A stretch of DNA of 64,000 bases. Origin: an uncultured Bacteroidaceae bacterium. GTDB taxonomy: Bacteria > Bacteroidota > Bacteroidia > Bacteroidales > P3. Under the pieces are notes generated by a model. It had not been told where the DNA came from, ran no database searches, and saw only the letters and a program-made list of their open reading frames with translations. The stretch lies in NCBI GenBank assembly GCA_964346795.1, contig CAYFWD010000001.1, positions 4,337 through 68,336 of the forward strand, given 5' to 3'. This document shows positions 28,999 to 39,194 of the stretch, one piece after another (positions within the stretch are counted from its first letter, which is position 1; every line of letters begins with the position of its first letter). The translations under genes and the position numbers were made by a program.

Positions 28999-30228
28999 TT
29001 AGAAAGGATAAAGACTATAATCTCTTCCTATGGTTTTATCTTCATTTGACTTACGCATAATTAGATGATTATACCTGTCCAATACCTCCAAACTAATATC
29101 CTCCCAAGAGCGACTAATGCTTATTGATGCATTTAGCCCATTCTGTTTTACAAGCTCTGGATTATTATAAGCACACCTTATCTTAGCAGCTAAACTTTTA
29201 GGCGAATTTTCTATTAAAAATCCATTTATATTGTTTTGAATAACCTCCGATGCAGTTGAGCCTTCTACCAAAATTGAAGGACTGTGCAATGCCGCAGCCT
29301 CTCTAACAACAAGAGGAGCATTATCATACAAAGAAGGGAAAACAAATAAATCACTTGCAGCATAATATTCCTTCATCTTTTCCCTGTCATAAACCCCTCC
29401 AACAAAACTTACCTTACCCTCCAACTTCCTTTCCTCAACCATTCTTTTCATTTGATTTGCCGCATAACCAATACCAACAAAAAACATCTTATAAGGAATA
29501 TCTCTTGCAATATCCAAAGCCTCAATAATCATTGCAGTGTTCTTTTCCCAAATATGTTGCCCAACAAACAGCAAACATAACTCACCTTTCTCAATATTGA
29601 GCTTTTTCTTTGCCTTAAACTTTACTAAATCAATATCCTTCTTCTCTGTAAAGAAATCCGTACCATTATCAACCACCTCAACCCTTCCCTTGTAGCCATA
29701 CTCCCTAATTGTATCTTCCACAAAAGCCTGTGGTATCCAAACCTCATCAACAGAATTATAGAAATCTATTATTTTCTTTATAAGAAGGTCAGCAATCTTT
29801 TCGGACTTAAAAGACTGGATAAAATCATCTCTAAACTTTGAATGAAAAGTTGCTATATGAGGAATGTTTTGATATTTAGAAATCCTTTTTCCTATTTGTC
29901 CTGAAGAAAATGGACTATGAGAATGTATTATATTAAAAGGAGTTTTGTAAACCAACTTGTATATAAGCGAAATATCTAAGTAAGGAAGCCCCAATCTATA
30001 TGGCTTTCTCATAGGTATCGGCAAAGAAGGATAGTTCAAAACCTGGAAATCTTCAATCTCTTTTTGTGTTTGATATGAGTTTGGCGTAATAACCATAACC
30101 TCATCTGCTTTCTTGCTTAACCAATAAGCATAATTATAGACCGTAAGAGCAACACCGTCCATTATAGGAGGAAAACTATCATTGCAAAGCCCAATCCTAT
30201 AAATCATATCACTATTTTCTGTATTCAT
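28999..30228 (-). CDS. Glycosyltransferase, GT-B fold (family 4-like)
   Basis: 409 aa with a GT4-like N-terminus ('DSFPPIMDGVALTV') and an EX7E-type C-terminal region ('FPSLYDNAPLVVREAAA'). Confidence 0.78.
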   Translation of the reverse strand: MNTENSDMIYRIGLCNDSFPPIMDGVALTVYNYAYWLSKKADEVMVITPNSYQTQKEIEDFQVLNYPSLPIPMRKPYRLGLPYLDISLIYKLVYKTPFNIIHSHSPFSSGQIGKRISKYQNIPHIATFHSKFRDDFIQSFKSEKIADLLIKKIIDFYNSVDEVWIPQAFVEDTIREYGYKGRVEVVDNGTDFFTEKKDIDLVKFKAKKKLNIEKGELCLLFVGQHIWEKNTAMIIEALDIARDIPYKMFFVGIGYAANQMKRMVEERKLEGKVSFVGGVYDREKMKEYYAASDLFVFPSLYDNAPLVVREAAALHSPSILVEGSTASEVIQNNINGFLIENSPKSLAAKIRCAYNNPELVKQNGLNASISISRSWEDISLEVLDRYNHLIMRKSNEDKTIGRDYSLYPF

Positions 30229-30359
30229 AGACTAATCTTATCTTTAATTATTATGCAAATCAACTATGCAAAAATCGTAATAAAACACGTCAAATAAACC
30301 TTTTAATCTAAACTTATCTTAATATTAATATTAATTTAATGGTTAGTGGTTATCATTAA

Positions 30360-30560
30360 AATCTCTTTAGAGTCCGTCTCTTTTTAATTTAACTCTGTTT
30401 ATTTCTAATTTAACTTAATTTCCTTCTAATTAGACTAAGTTTAAAGCTAATTAAATGAGACTTAAATCTGGCATAATGCCATTATTCTAAATTTAAAGGA
30501 AGTTTTATGAAATGGAAACCTTGTCTAATTAGTTTTAAATCTTGTTTTAGAATTAAAAGC
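30360..30560. repeat. Degenerate array of about 21-bp periodicity ('...CTAATT' units) containing a GACTAAGT word and a TGGCATAATGCCA palindrome
   Basis: CTAATT recurs at 30405, 30426 and 30447 in 21-bp steps. Related words (AGACTAAGTTT, GAGACTTAAAT, AAACCTTGTCT) follow. Confidence 0.5.
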
Positions 30561-30598
30561 TTATCTTATTTTCTATTCAATCACATTACTCTTGGGCA

Positions 30599-30632
30599 TA
30601 AAAAAAGAGAATAAGGATAAATCTTATTCTCT
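30599..30632 (-). terminator. Intrinsic terminator after pnp
   Basis: 10-bp stem AGAGAATAAG / CTTATTCTCT. On the minus strand a run of seven T follows. Confidence 0.8.
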
Positions 30633-30658
30633 TTAGTATTTTATTTTGTGTTTTGTTT

Positions 30659-32899
30659 TTAGATGTAGAAGTCGTCGTCTAAGGGACGCTCTGGCTTTTG
30701 TTGTCTTGGTTTGTCGGAGTTGTTTTTATTGTTGTTAGGACGATTAGGACGCTCTGGTCTTTCTCTTTGAGGTCTTTCAACGTAGCCTTCTGGTTTTGGC
30801 AAAAGAACTCTATGTGATAATTTGAACTTTCCTGTCTTCTTATCTATTTCAGTAAGTTTTACTTTTATCTTATCTCCTACCTTCAAAACATCTTCAACAT
30901 TATTTACTCTATCCCAAGATAATTCTGAAATATGTAATAGTCCGTCTTTGCCAGGAAGAAACTCTACAAATGCTCCAAAGGTTTGAAGATTTTTTACTTC
31001 TCCTTCGTATTCTTTACCTATTTCCGGTACAGCTATTATAGCTTTAATCTTTGCTAAGGCTGCATCTATTCCGTCTTTATTTATTGACAATATATCTATT
31101 ACTCCTAACTCTCCCTTTTCCTCAATTACTATTGTAGTATTGGTTTCTTTTTGCATTTCTTGGATTACCTTTCCACCAGACCCTATTACTGCTCCAATAA
31201 ATTCTTTTGGTATTGTAATTTGAACTACTCTTGGAACTTGTGGTTTATAGTCTTCTCTTGGCTCAGCAAGGGCTTGGTTCATTATATTAAGGATGTGTAG
31301 TCTACCTTCTTTTGCTTGTTGGAGAGCTTGGGTTAGGATTTCGTAGGATAGTCCATCACATTTTATATCCATTTGACAAGCTGTTGCTCCATCAACTGTT
31401 CCAGTTACCTTAAAGTCCATATCTCCCAAATGGTCTTCATCTCCCAATATATCGGAAAGTACTGCCCATTTTCCGTCTTTTGCTATCAATCCCATAGCAA
31501 TTCCTGACACTGGTTTCTTTATTTTTACCCCTGCGTCCATAAGTGCTAATGTCCCTGCACATACTGTTGCCATTGAAGAAGAGCCATTGGATTCTAAAAT
31601 ATCGGAAACTATTCTTATGGTGTAAGGGCATTCGTCTTCTGATGGAAGGACTTGTTTTAATGCTCTCATTGCAAGGTTGCCGTGTCCTACTTCTCTTCTT
31701 GAAAGTCCTCTGTTTCCTTTTACTTCTCCTGTTGCAAAGCCTGGGAAGTTGTAATGCAGGATAAAATGGTTCTTTCCTTCAATCATTGCTCCGTCAATGA
31801 TTTGCTCATCAAGTTTTGTTCCAAGTGTACAGGTTGTTAGGGATTGTGTTTCGCCACGAGTAAATATTGCAGAACCGTGAGGAGTCGGAAGGTAATCAAC
31901 CTCAGCCCATATTGGACGGATTTCATCTAAGCGTCTGCCGTCTAAACGTGTTCTCTCGTTCAAAACCATATCTCTCATTGCTTCCTTTTCGGTTGCGTGG
32001 AAGTATTTACTTATAAGGAACTCTTTTTCTAATGCTTCTTCTTCTGAAAGAGTTTCAATAAAAGATTGTTTTATTGCTTCAAATCCTTCTGCTCTTTCAG
32101 ATTTATTTGCTATTCCTTGTTTTGCAAAGTCGTAGCATTTTTGGTATGTAGCATTATGTATTTTTTCTTTAAGTTCTTCGTCATTTGTTTCGTGGCAATA
32201 CTCTCTTTTTTGAGTTTTGTTTGCCATTTGCTCCAAGTCTTTTATTGCTTGGCAATGTGTTTTGATTGATTGATGAGCTGTCTTTAATGCTTCTAAGATT
32301 AGTTCTTCTGAAACCTCTTTCATCTCTCCCTCAACCATCATTATATTATCTTCTGTTGCAGCTACGATAAGGTCTAACTCTGCTTTTCTTAAATCTTCAA
32401 TAGAAGGGTTTATCACGAATTTTCCATCAATATAAGTTACTCTAACCTCTGACACTGGTCCGTTGAAAGGAATATCTGATACTGCTAATGCTGATGATGC
32501 TGCAAGAGCTGCAAGAGCATCTGGAGGAGTTGTTTGGTCTCCTGAAATTAATGTTATTTGAACTTGTACTTCTGCGTGAAAATCTTCTGGGAATAATGGT
32601 CTTAATGCCCTATCTACCAAACGAGCTATAAGTATTTCATATTCTGAAGGACGTGCTTCTCTTTTGAAAAAACCACCAGGGAAACGTCCTACGGCTGCAT
32701 ATTTTTCTTGATATTCTACTGTTAGTGGCATAAAGTCCACATTCTCTCCTGCCTCTTTTTTAGCACAAACTGTTGCCAAGAGCATTGTGTCACCCATTCT
32801 TACTACTACCGAACCATCAGCTTGTTTTGCTAACTTACCTGTTTCAATTTCAATCTGTCTTCCGTCTTCAATTGTAAAGACTTTTTTAATTCCTTGCAT
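30659..32899 (-). CDS. pnp: Polyribonucleotide nucleotidyltransferase (PNPase)
   Basis: 746 aa with two RNase PH domains, then KH and S1 domains ('[15 protein letters not shown]'). A basic, Pro-rich C-terminal extension follows. Confidence 0.97.
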   Translation of the reverse strand: MQGIKKVFTIEDGRQIEIETGKLAKQADGSVVVRMGDTMLLATVCAKKEAGENVDFMPLTVEYQEKYAAVGRFPGGFFKREARPSEYEILIARLVDRALRPLFPEDFHAEVQVQITLISGDQTTPPDALAALAASSALAVSDIPFNGPVSEVRVTYIDGKFVINPSIEDLRKAELDLIVAATEDNIMMVEGEMKEVSEELILEALKTAHQSIKTHCQAIKDLEQMANKTQKREYCHETNDEELKEKIHNATYQKCYDFAKQGIANKSERAEGFEAIKQSFIETLSEEEALEKEFLISKYFHATEKEAMRDMVLNERTRLDGRRLDEIRPIWAEVDYLPTPHGSAIFTRGETQSLTTCTLGTKLDEQIIDGAMIEGKNHFILHYNFPGFATGEVKGNRGLSRREVGHGNLAMRALKQVLPSEDECPYTIRIVSDILESNGSSSMATVCAGTLALMDAGVKIKKPVSGIAMGLIAKDGKWAVLSDILGDEDHLGDMDFKVTGTVDGATACQMDIKCDGLSYEILTQALQQAKEGRLHILNIMNQALAEPREDYKPQVPRVVQITIPKEFIGAVIGSGGKVIQEMQKETNTTIVIEEKGELGVIDILSINKDGIDAALAKIKAIIAVPEIGKEYEGEVKNLQTFGAFVEFLPGKDGLLHISELSWDRVNNVEDVLKVGDKIKVKLTEIDKKTGKFKLSHRVLLPKPEGYVERPQRERPERPNRPNNNKNNSDKPRQQKPERPLDDDFYI

Positions 32900-33011
32900 C
32901 TTTTTCTTTTCTATTATTTTACCTCTTTCTAATCGGAGCTTAATTAGATTACAGAAAAAGGCAATTAGAAAGCTAATTGCCTTTTTGACTATTAAGTAAG
33001 TACTTGAAATA

Positions 33012-33281
33012 TTATTTTCTAATACCTAATTGCTTAATTAATTCACGATACTTAACAACGTCTCTGTCTTTTAGATAATCCAGCAAACGTCTTCTCTTTC
33101 CAACTAATCTAACCAATGAACGCTCTGTGAACTTATCGTTCTTCATCTTGCGAACATGTTGTGTTAAGTGTTGAATTCTGTATGTGAACATTGCTATTTG
33201 CCCCTCAACCGAACCAGTATCTTTTTCTGATTTTCCATATTGGGCAAAAAATTCTTTCTTCTTTTCAGCTTCTAAATACAT
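33012..33281 (-). CDS. rpsO: 30S ribosomal protein S15
   Basis: 89 aa with '[23 protein letters not shown]', the S15 signature. It sits upstream of pnp, the classical rpsO-pnp arrangement. Confidence 0.96.
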   Translation of the reverse strand: MYLEAEKKKEFFAQYGKSEKDTGSVEGQIAMFTYRIQHLTQHVRKMKNDKFTERSLVRLVGKRRRLLDYLKDRDVVKYRELIKQLGIRK

Positions 33282-33333
33282 ATCTTAAACCTACCTGTTA
33301 ATATTTTTTCTTATTTTTCACTAATTGAGTTTG

Positions 33334-33341
33334 CAAAGATA
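33334..33341 (-). promoter_or_regulatory. -7 box (TATCTTTG) for rpsO
   Basis: Exact TAnnTTTG match on the minus strand, about 53 nt upstream of the rpsO ATG. Confidence 0.5.
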
Positions 33342-33381
33342 GACATTAATTTTTTATTAGCAAGACTTTTAATAAAAAAAT

Positions 33382-33795
33382 TTAGTTTTCACTTATCTTC
33401 TTTTTATTCTTTTTTGTTGAATTAACAACTATAAAAACACATAAACCTATGGCTAAAATAATACCTATAATATCAGCTATAATATCCATAAACTCTAATG
33501 TTCTATTTATATATTTACCTAATAGATACTGCATAATTTCGGTTAAAGAAGCGAACAAAACTGAAATTAAAATCACAGCAGTTAAAGAAAAATATAATGT
33601 CCTTTTAGGATAAATAAGCCAAAATAACAAAAAGGTAAATCCACCAAACATAATGGCATGAACAAATTTATCAAAAAAAGGAATAAAGGAAAAGAAGCCA
33701 AAACTCTTAGGCAAAGAACTGGATGGAGCCAAAATTGCATACAACATTAAAGCTACCCATACTATAAAAATAATAATATTTAATTTTCTTTGCAT
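33382..33795 (-). CDS. VanZ-like small membrane protein
   Basis: 137 aa with four TM segments. The 'FDKFVHAIMFGGFTFLL' pattern resembles the VanZ family, recalled from memory. Confidence 0.55.
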   Translation of the reverse strand: MQRKLNIIIFIVWVALMLYAILAPSSSLPKSFGFFSFIPFFDKFVHAIMFGGFTFLLFWLIYPKRTLYFSLTAVILISVLFASLTEIMQYLLGKYINRTLEFMDIIADIIGIILAIGLCVFIVVNSTKKNKKKISEN

Positions 33796-33880
33796 CTAAT
33801 TGTAATAAGATGGGATATAAAAAAAGATGCAAGGAATTTAAAATTTCCAAGCATCTTTTCTGTTACATTTATATCATTAA

Positions 33881-34261
33881 CTATAATCCAATAAATGATG
33901 TGTAAGCTGCTGCATCCATTAATTCATCAACTTCTGAAGGATTGGTAATTTTTATTTTAATTATCCATCCTGAATTATATGGGTCAGTGTTGATTGCTGC
34001 AGCATTTGATTCTAATTCTGAATTAAACTCCAATACTTCTGCAGAAACAGGAATAACTAAATCAGAAACTGTCTTTACTGCTTCTATTGAGCCAAAAATC
34101 TCATTCTTATCTAAGGTTTCTCCTTCTGTATCAACATCAACAAAAACTATATCTCCTAATTCATGTTGTGCAAAATCAGTGATACCTACATAAGCTTCTT
34201 CGCCTTCTATTCTCAACCATTCATGGTCATTTGAATACTTTAAATTTTCTGGAAATTTCAT
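33881..34261 (-). CDS. gcvH: Glycine cleavage system protein H
   Basis: 126 aa with 'YSNDHEWL' and the lipoyl-lysine context '[11 protein letters not shown]'. Confidence 0.95.
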   Translation of the reverse strand: MKFPENLKYSNDHEWLRIEGEEAYVGITDFAQHELGDIVFVDVDTEGETLDKNEIFGSIEAVKTVSDLVIPVSAEVLEFNSELESNAAAINTDPYNSGWIIKIKITNPSEVDELMDAAAYTSFIGL

Positions 34262-34347
34262 ATTGTTCTTTTTTTTAATTTTATTTTCTACTTATTTATT
34301 TCAAAGTTCAAAATTACTATATTTTTTAATATAAACTATTAATAAGC

Positions 34348-36495
34348 CTATCTTTTTATTATTTTACGTCTTAATTCTCTGCCTCCTATATTAATAGAGA
34401 GGATATACATTCCTTTATTTAGAGAAGAAATATTAATTTGTCTTGGGTTTTCTTTTGAAAAATATTGTTTTCTCCCCAACAAATCAAATATTTCAATAGA
34501 ATTAACCTTTTTAGAAGAAGAAATATTAAGTATATTGGTTGTTGGATTAGGGTAAATATCAAAATAAAACTCTTTTCTTATTTCTTCTAAACCTATCCTA
34601 TCAACTGCCATTTTTACTGCATCAATTGCCGAAACCTTTCCCCAACCCCAACTAAAGTTTGGAACACCAGTTGTTGTATAGTTGTCAGTTCGTGCTGTTT
34701 CTAATAAAATTTGTTTTACTTCCAAAGGAGTTAAATTTGGATTTGCTTCCAACATTAGAGCTACTATTCCGGAAACCATTGGAGAGGACATTGATGTTCC
34801 AGAAAAAGCAGTAAAAGAATATGTCCTTCCGTTAAAATAAACATTTTCAACACTTGGATAAGTATCTGTTGTAAAAGAAGAAATTGACGATTTTACACTT
34901 ACACCAGGAGCTGCTATTTCTGGCTTTACTGCTCCATCTAATCTTGGACCAATACTTGAAAAGTTTGCTCTCGCTCCTCCATCATACGAACCCCTTAACT
35001 GAGAAATATAAGCAGCAACTGATATCATACCATCACCAACAGCTGGCTCTCCAACACCATAGTTATTATCACCTACAATATGGTTAGCTTTATAACGTGT
35101 AAAAGCTATCCCCCAATTTCCAACTCCTGTACTCAAGCAAGCAACATTCCATGCATGAACACTACCTTGAGAAGAAGTTGTGGAAAGGATAACAAAATAA
35201 TTAGCATTCATATTAGATAATCTTACTTCCCATTCAGCAGTAGGTCTATTAGAACTTGAAGTTGAAGATAGAGAGTTAGCTCTAAAAATCAAACTATCTC
35301 CATTAACAACTACAAATGTATCATTAATAATATCATTATTAAAAGTATTTAGCCAAGGAGTAACACAAACCAACTCAAATAAACTATTATAAAACTCTAT
35401 TCTGGAAGAAAAACCATTAGTACTATCTCCTGCCATTGTTATAGATTGCCCCCAATAATTAGGACTATGCGATTGTAAATCAAAACCAATACCTGTTGAT
35501 ATTGTATCATTATTATTGGTAAATATTTTTTTAACATGGAAATTATCATTTCCGTTATTTCCTCCACTTGTTACAAACACAACACTATCCTCATCTGACA
35601 TCTGTTTAACAGCTTGGTCTAATAATGATGTTCCGTCCATAGCTCCAAAATGATATAAGCCCCAACTTCCATTTATTACCAAACGCTTATTTCTTTTCTT
35701 TGCCTCATCTCTCATCCAAGAATAAGCATCTAAAACTGCCGATTCGTCAATAAGAAAAGTTGCCATTAATAGTTCTGAATCAAAGGCTATCCCTCTATAC
35801 TGAGTACATGCACCTGCTCCAGAAGCAATTCCACTTACGTGAGTTCCATGCGTTCCAATATTATATATGTTATTTGTATCACTTTGAGCTTGTAATAATT
35901 CTTGCTGACCATAAAAAACCGTTCCATAAAAGAAATTTTCCGGAGCAGGACCTTGGTTGCGAAATTGATCCCAAGCAGCCAATATCCTATAATTTGTCAT
36001 GGAGGTATCATAGAACACTGGATGTGTGTAGTCAAATCCCCAATCAGTTACTCCAACAATTACTCCTTTACCAGAATAACCAGAAGGTAATTCAACCCCT
36101 TGCCATACCAAGTCTACACTTACATCATTGACTGCCTTATTTAATAAAGGTCCATTAATTTTTCTTGAAGTTTCAATTTCAACAATATTAGCTAACTGCA
36201 AAACTTCATTAACCCTACAAAGAGGAATATAAACTGTATAAATATTTCCTATCTTTGAGCCAATTTTACAACCTAATTCATTTATTGCTTTGTCTTGAAA
36301 AGCATCATTAACCTTTATTATTGTTGCCAAATAATCTATTCCTTCAATATTTCTCAAAGGATATCTTTGAGAGAAAGAAGATTGGTTTTTATTTTGGTAA
36401 CTATTAACAAACCCTTTCATTCCAATACCTATGTTTTGAGACATAATGTTTATGGATATAAACAATAATAGGAATAAAAATAAATATTTTCGCAT
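34348..36495 (-). CDS. Secreted S8 (subtilisin-like) serine peptidase with a T9SS type-A C-terminal sorting domain
   Basis: The catalytic triad contexts are 'VGVTDWG' (Asp), 'GTHGTHVSG' (His) and 'SGTSMSSPMVSG' (Ser). The C-terminal 'FDIYPNPTTNILNI...GMYILSI' is typical of type-A sorting domains. Confidence 0.85.
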   Translation of the reverse strand: MRKYLFLFLLLFISINIMSQNIGIGMKGFVNSYQNKNQSSFSQRYPLRNIEGIDYLATIIKVNDAFQDKAINELGCKIGSKIGNIYTVYIPLCRVNEVLQLANIVEIETSRKINGPLLNKAVNDVSVDLVWQGVELPSGYSGKGVIVGVTDWGFDYTHPVFYDTSMTNYRILAAWDQFRNQGPAPENFFYGTVFYGQQELLQAQSDTNNIYNIGTHGTHVSGIASGAGACTQYRGIAFDSELLMATFLIDESAVLDAYSWMRDEAKKRNKRLVINGSWGLYHFGAMDGTSLLDQAVKQMSDEDSVVFVTSGGNNGNDNFHVKKIFTNNNDTISTGIGFDLQSHSPNYWGQSITMAGDSTNGFSSRIEFYNSLFELVCVTPWLNTFNNDIINDTFVVVNGDSLIFRANSLSSTSSSNRPTAEWEVRLSNMNANYFVILSTTSSQGSVHAWNVACLSTGVGNWGIAFTRYKANHIVGDNNYGVGEPAVGDGMISVAAYISQLRGSYDGGARANFSSIGPRLDGAVKPEIAAPGVSVKSSISSFTTDTYPSVENVYFNGRTYSFTAFSGTSMSSPMVSGIVALMLEANPNLTPLEVKQILLETARTDNYTTTGVPNFSWGWGKVSAIDAVKMAVDRIGLEEIRKEFYFDIYPNPTTNILNISSSKKVNSIEIFDLLGRKQYFSKENPRQINISSLNKGMYILSINIGGRELRRKIIKR

Positions 36496-36555
36496 AATAA
36501 ATATGTTTTGCTATAAAGAACTGATGCAAATATATAAAAATTATTAATAGAAAAA

Positions 36556-36587
36556 GAAAAAGCGTTTTGAAAAAATTCAAAACGCTA
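36556..36587 (-). terminator. Hairpin terminator after the DUF2795-like gene
   Basis: 11-bp stem AGCGTTTTGAA / TTCAAAACGCT. On the minus strand the T-rich 'TTTTTCTTTTT' follows. Confidence 0.6.
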
Positions 36588-36608
36588 AAAATTTATTAAC
36601 AAAACATT

Positions 36609-36830
36609 TTAATATTCATCTTCATGAAAAAAGAAATCTTCTTTTGTGGGATAATCTGTCCATATTTCTTCAATACTATCATATGTTTCACCCTCATCTT
36701 CCATTTCAGTAAGATTTTCAATAACTTCAGGTGGAGCTCCACTTCTTAAAGCATAATCCAATAATTCTTCCCTTGTTGCTGGCCAAGGAGCATCCTCTAA
36801 TTTTGAAGCCAATTCTAATGTCCAATACAT
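36609..36830 (-). CDS. DUF2795-like small acidic protein
   Basis: 73 aa. 'LEDAPWPATREELLDYALRSGAPPEVIENL' matches my recollection of DUF2795. Confidence 0.65.
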   Translation of the reverse strand: MYWTLELASKLEDAPWPATREELLDYALRSGAPPEVIENLTEMEDEGETYDSIEEIWTDYPTKEDFFFHEDEY

Positions 36831-36998
36831 TGTTTAATAATATTTTAAATATGAAAAACTATAATATATATACTCTATTTTTTTTGCAAAAATAGTATTA
36901 TTCCCCTTATAAACAAATTTTCTATACTTTTTTTCAACAACAAAGAAGTTTACAGTTGAAAAACAAAGAGTTATTAACAAATAACAATATATAACAAA

Positions 36999-37598
36999 TC
37001 AACCTTGAAGATAAACTTCCTTGTGTTTATATTCCTTTATTAATATTCTAGAAAGACAAAACAAATAATCTGAAAGACGATTAATATAAGCTAATGCTTT
37101 TTCACTGATAAAATGTTCATCATTAAGCCTTGTTAGTTGTCTTTCAGCTCTACGACAAATGGTTCTTGCAACATGAGAATGAGAGGAAATATAAAAACCT
37201 GTTGGTAGAACAAAATTCTTTAGTTTTGGCAATTGAGTTTCCATATCATCTATGCTTTGCTCCAACCATTCTAAGTCAGAAGAGAAATCTTTCCAAAATC
37301 TATCAAAATTTTGGTCAGCTTCTTCATTAGTTTGAGGGTAAGAAGCAATTATTGTTTGTAGATTGAACATAGAGTTAATTATCCTAAAAAGTTGTTTAGC
37401 ATAATTGTTATTTTCTGTCTCTACCTTATTTTTACCTAATTTACTTTCTCTTTTAATAATCAAATCTCTAATGAGACCCATATAAGAATTAAGTTCATCA
37501 ATAGTACCATAACATTCTACTCTAAGGTCGTATTTCTTAACTCTTTTTCCTCCAACAAGTGATGTTGTTCCTTTATCTCCTGATTTAGTATAAATCAT
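36999..37598 (-). CDS. PduO-type ATP:cob(I)alamin adenosyltransferase
   Basis: 199 aa. 'MIYTKSGDKGTTSLVGG' is the characteristic PduO-type N-terminus, followed by a helical bundle. Confidence 0.82.
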   Translation of the reverse strand: MIYTKSGDKGTTSLVGGKRVKKYDLRVECYGTIDELNSYMGLIRDLIIKRESKLGKNKVETENNNYAKQLFRIINSMFNLQTIIASYPQTNEEADQNFDRFWKDFSSDLEWLEQSIDDMETQLPKLKNFVLPTGFYISSHSHVARTICRRAERQLTRLNDEHFISEKALAYINRLSDYLFCLSRILIKEYKHKEVYLQG

Positions 37599-37599
37599 T

Positions 37600-37848
37600 T
37601 TACATATACCTTTCTACAGCTTTTATCTCTGGTAGTTCTTCAATAACTGCTTGCTCTACTCCATGTTTAAGAGTCATCATAGCATGAGGGCATGTTCCAC
37701 AATGTCCTTGAAGTTCAACATAAACAACCTTATCATCGGTTAATTCAACGAATCTAAGGTCTCCTCCATCATTTTGAAGATATGGTCTTATCTTATTTAA
37801 TACTTCTTTAACTTTTATTTCTAATTCTTGTTTTTCTTGTGGTGTCAT
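37600..37848 (-). CDS. NifU-like Fe-S cluster scaffold domain protein
   Basis: 82 aa with 'IRPYLQNDGGDLRFVEL' and 'GHCGTCPHAMMTLKHGVE', the CxxC of the NifU C-terminal domain. Confidence 0.85.
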   Translation of the reverse strand: MTPQEKQELEIKVKEVLNKIRPYLQNDGGDLRFVELTDDKVVYVELQGHCGTCPHAMMTLKHGVEQAVIEELPEIKAVERYM

Positions 37849-37853
37849 AATAT

Positions 37854-38681
37854 TTACTTATTTAATTTATCATTTATTTTTCTTGCCAAACTCATAAAGT
37901 TTTTTGTTTCTAACGCATCATTATCCAAACTTATTGGATTTCCATTATCATTTGTTTGAGAAATATTCTCCGTTATTGGAATTTGCTCTAATAATTCAAG
38001 GTCTAACTCTTCTATTAGATTTTCAACTCCTTTCTTACCAAAAATATAATATTTATTGTCAGGCAGTTCTTTTGGAGTAAAATATGCCATATTCTCAACC
38101 AAGCCTAATATTGGAACATTAATATCTTTATTTCTAAACATATTAACAGCTCTTCTAACATCAGCAACTGCCAACTCTTGTGGTGTGGAAACAAAAATTG
38201 CACCAGAAAGAGGAAGGTCTTTAGATAAAGTAATTTGAATATCTCCTGTTCCTGGAGGCATATCAAAGATTAAATAATCCAACTCTTCCCATAAAGTATC
38301 AGATATTAGTTGAATTATTGTATTTGATGCCATAGGTCCTCTCCAAATAAGAGCTTTATGAGTGTCTACAAAGAAACCTATAGACATTAGTTTGACTCCA
38401 AACTTTTCAATAGGCTCAAGATATATTTTACCTTCTATTTCTCTTCCTGCAACTTCTTTATTTTCTATATTAAAAAGTGTTGGAATAGATGGACCATATA
38501 TATCAACATCTGCTAACCCTACCTTAAATCCAAGTTTAGAAAGAGATATTGCTAAATTCACAGCTACAGTTGATTTACCAACTCCTCCCTTTCCACTGCC
38601 AACAGCAATCAAATACTTTATCTTAGAAACGGCTTTATTAATTTTTTCTTGAGTTTCTTTTTGTTTTTCAAATATATTCAT
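37854..38681 (-). CDS. Mrp/ApbC/NBP35-family Fe-S cluster carrier ATPase
   Basis: 275 aa with the deviant Walker A 'GSGKGGVGKSTVAVNLA' and an 'ENM..F' region. It lacks the N-terminal DUF59 extension seen in longer homologues. Confidence 0.85.
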   Translation of the reverse strand: MNIFEKQKETQEKINKAVSKIKYLIAVGSGKGGVGKSTVAVNLAISLSKLGFKVGLADVDIYGPSIPTLFNIENKEVAGREIEGKIYLEPIEKFGVKLMSIGFFVDTHKALIWRGPMASNTIIQLISDTLWEELDYLIFDMPPGTGDIQITLSKDLPLSGAIFVSTPQELAVADVRRAVNMFRNKDINVPILGLVENMAYFTPKELPDNKYYIFGKKGVENLIEELDLELLEQIPITENISQTNDNGNPISLDNDALETKNFMSLARKINDKLNK

Positions 38682-38693
38682 ATCCTTTAAATT

Positions 38694-39098
38694 TTAATTT
38701 TCTTCGTCTTCTTCATCGTCGTCGTCGTCATCATCAATTTTATCTGAATAATCACCATGAATTAAAACAAAAGTATCTTTTGAAGGTTTTTCTTCTTCCT
38801 CATCATCTTCTTCTGTATTTTCTTCAGAAAAATCGGGACTCTTTGATTGACTAAAAATTTCCTTATCATATTCATCATCTGTTAGTTTTTGGTCTATCTT
38901 TACATCAATCTTAACCATATATATAGAGTCTTCTGTCTCAAAAGGAACAACATAAATACTCTCTCCTGAAGGCTTGGTGATTTTTTGTATATACGAAGCA
39001 TATCCTTCAGGATAAGCCTCACTAAATTTGATGATTTGTTCTGATGTTAGTTTATTAAAACTAATAATAATTCTTTTTTTGTTTGCTTTTGGATTCAT
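38694..39098 (-). CDS. Hypothetical acidic protein with a poly-Asp/Glu C-terminal tail
   Basis: 134 aa with a basic N-terminus and the tail 'KIDDDDDDDEEDEEN'. I do not recognise a family. Confidence 0.45.
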   Translation of the reverse strand: MNPKANKKRIIISFNKLTSEQIIKFSEAYPEGYASYIQKITKPSGESIYVVPFETEDSIYMVKIDVKIDQKLTDDEYDKEIFSQSKSPDFSEENTEEDDEEEEKPSKDTFVLIHGDYSDKIDDDDDDDEEDEEN

Positions 39099-39194
39099 AA
39101 TTTATTGCAAAAAATAATTTGCAATATTAGTAACTTTTTACAACAAACAAGTAAAAACATGAAGATTTTTATCAAAAAAGGTTTCAAAAAGTTA

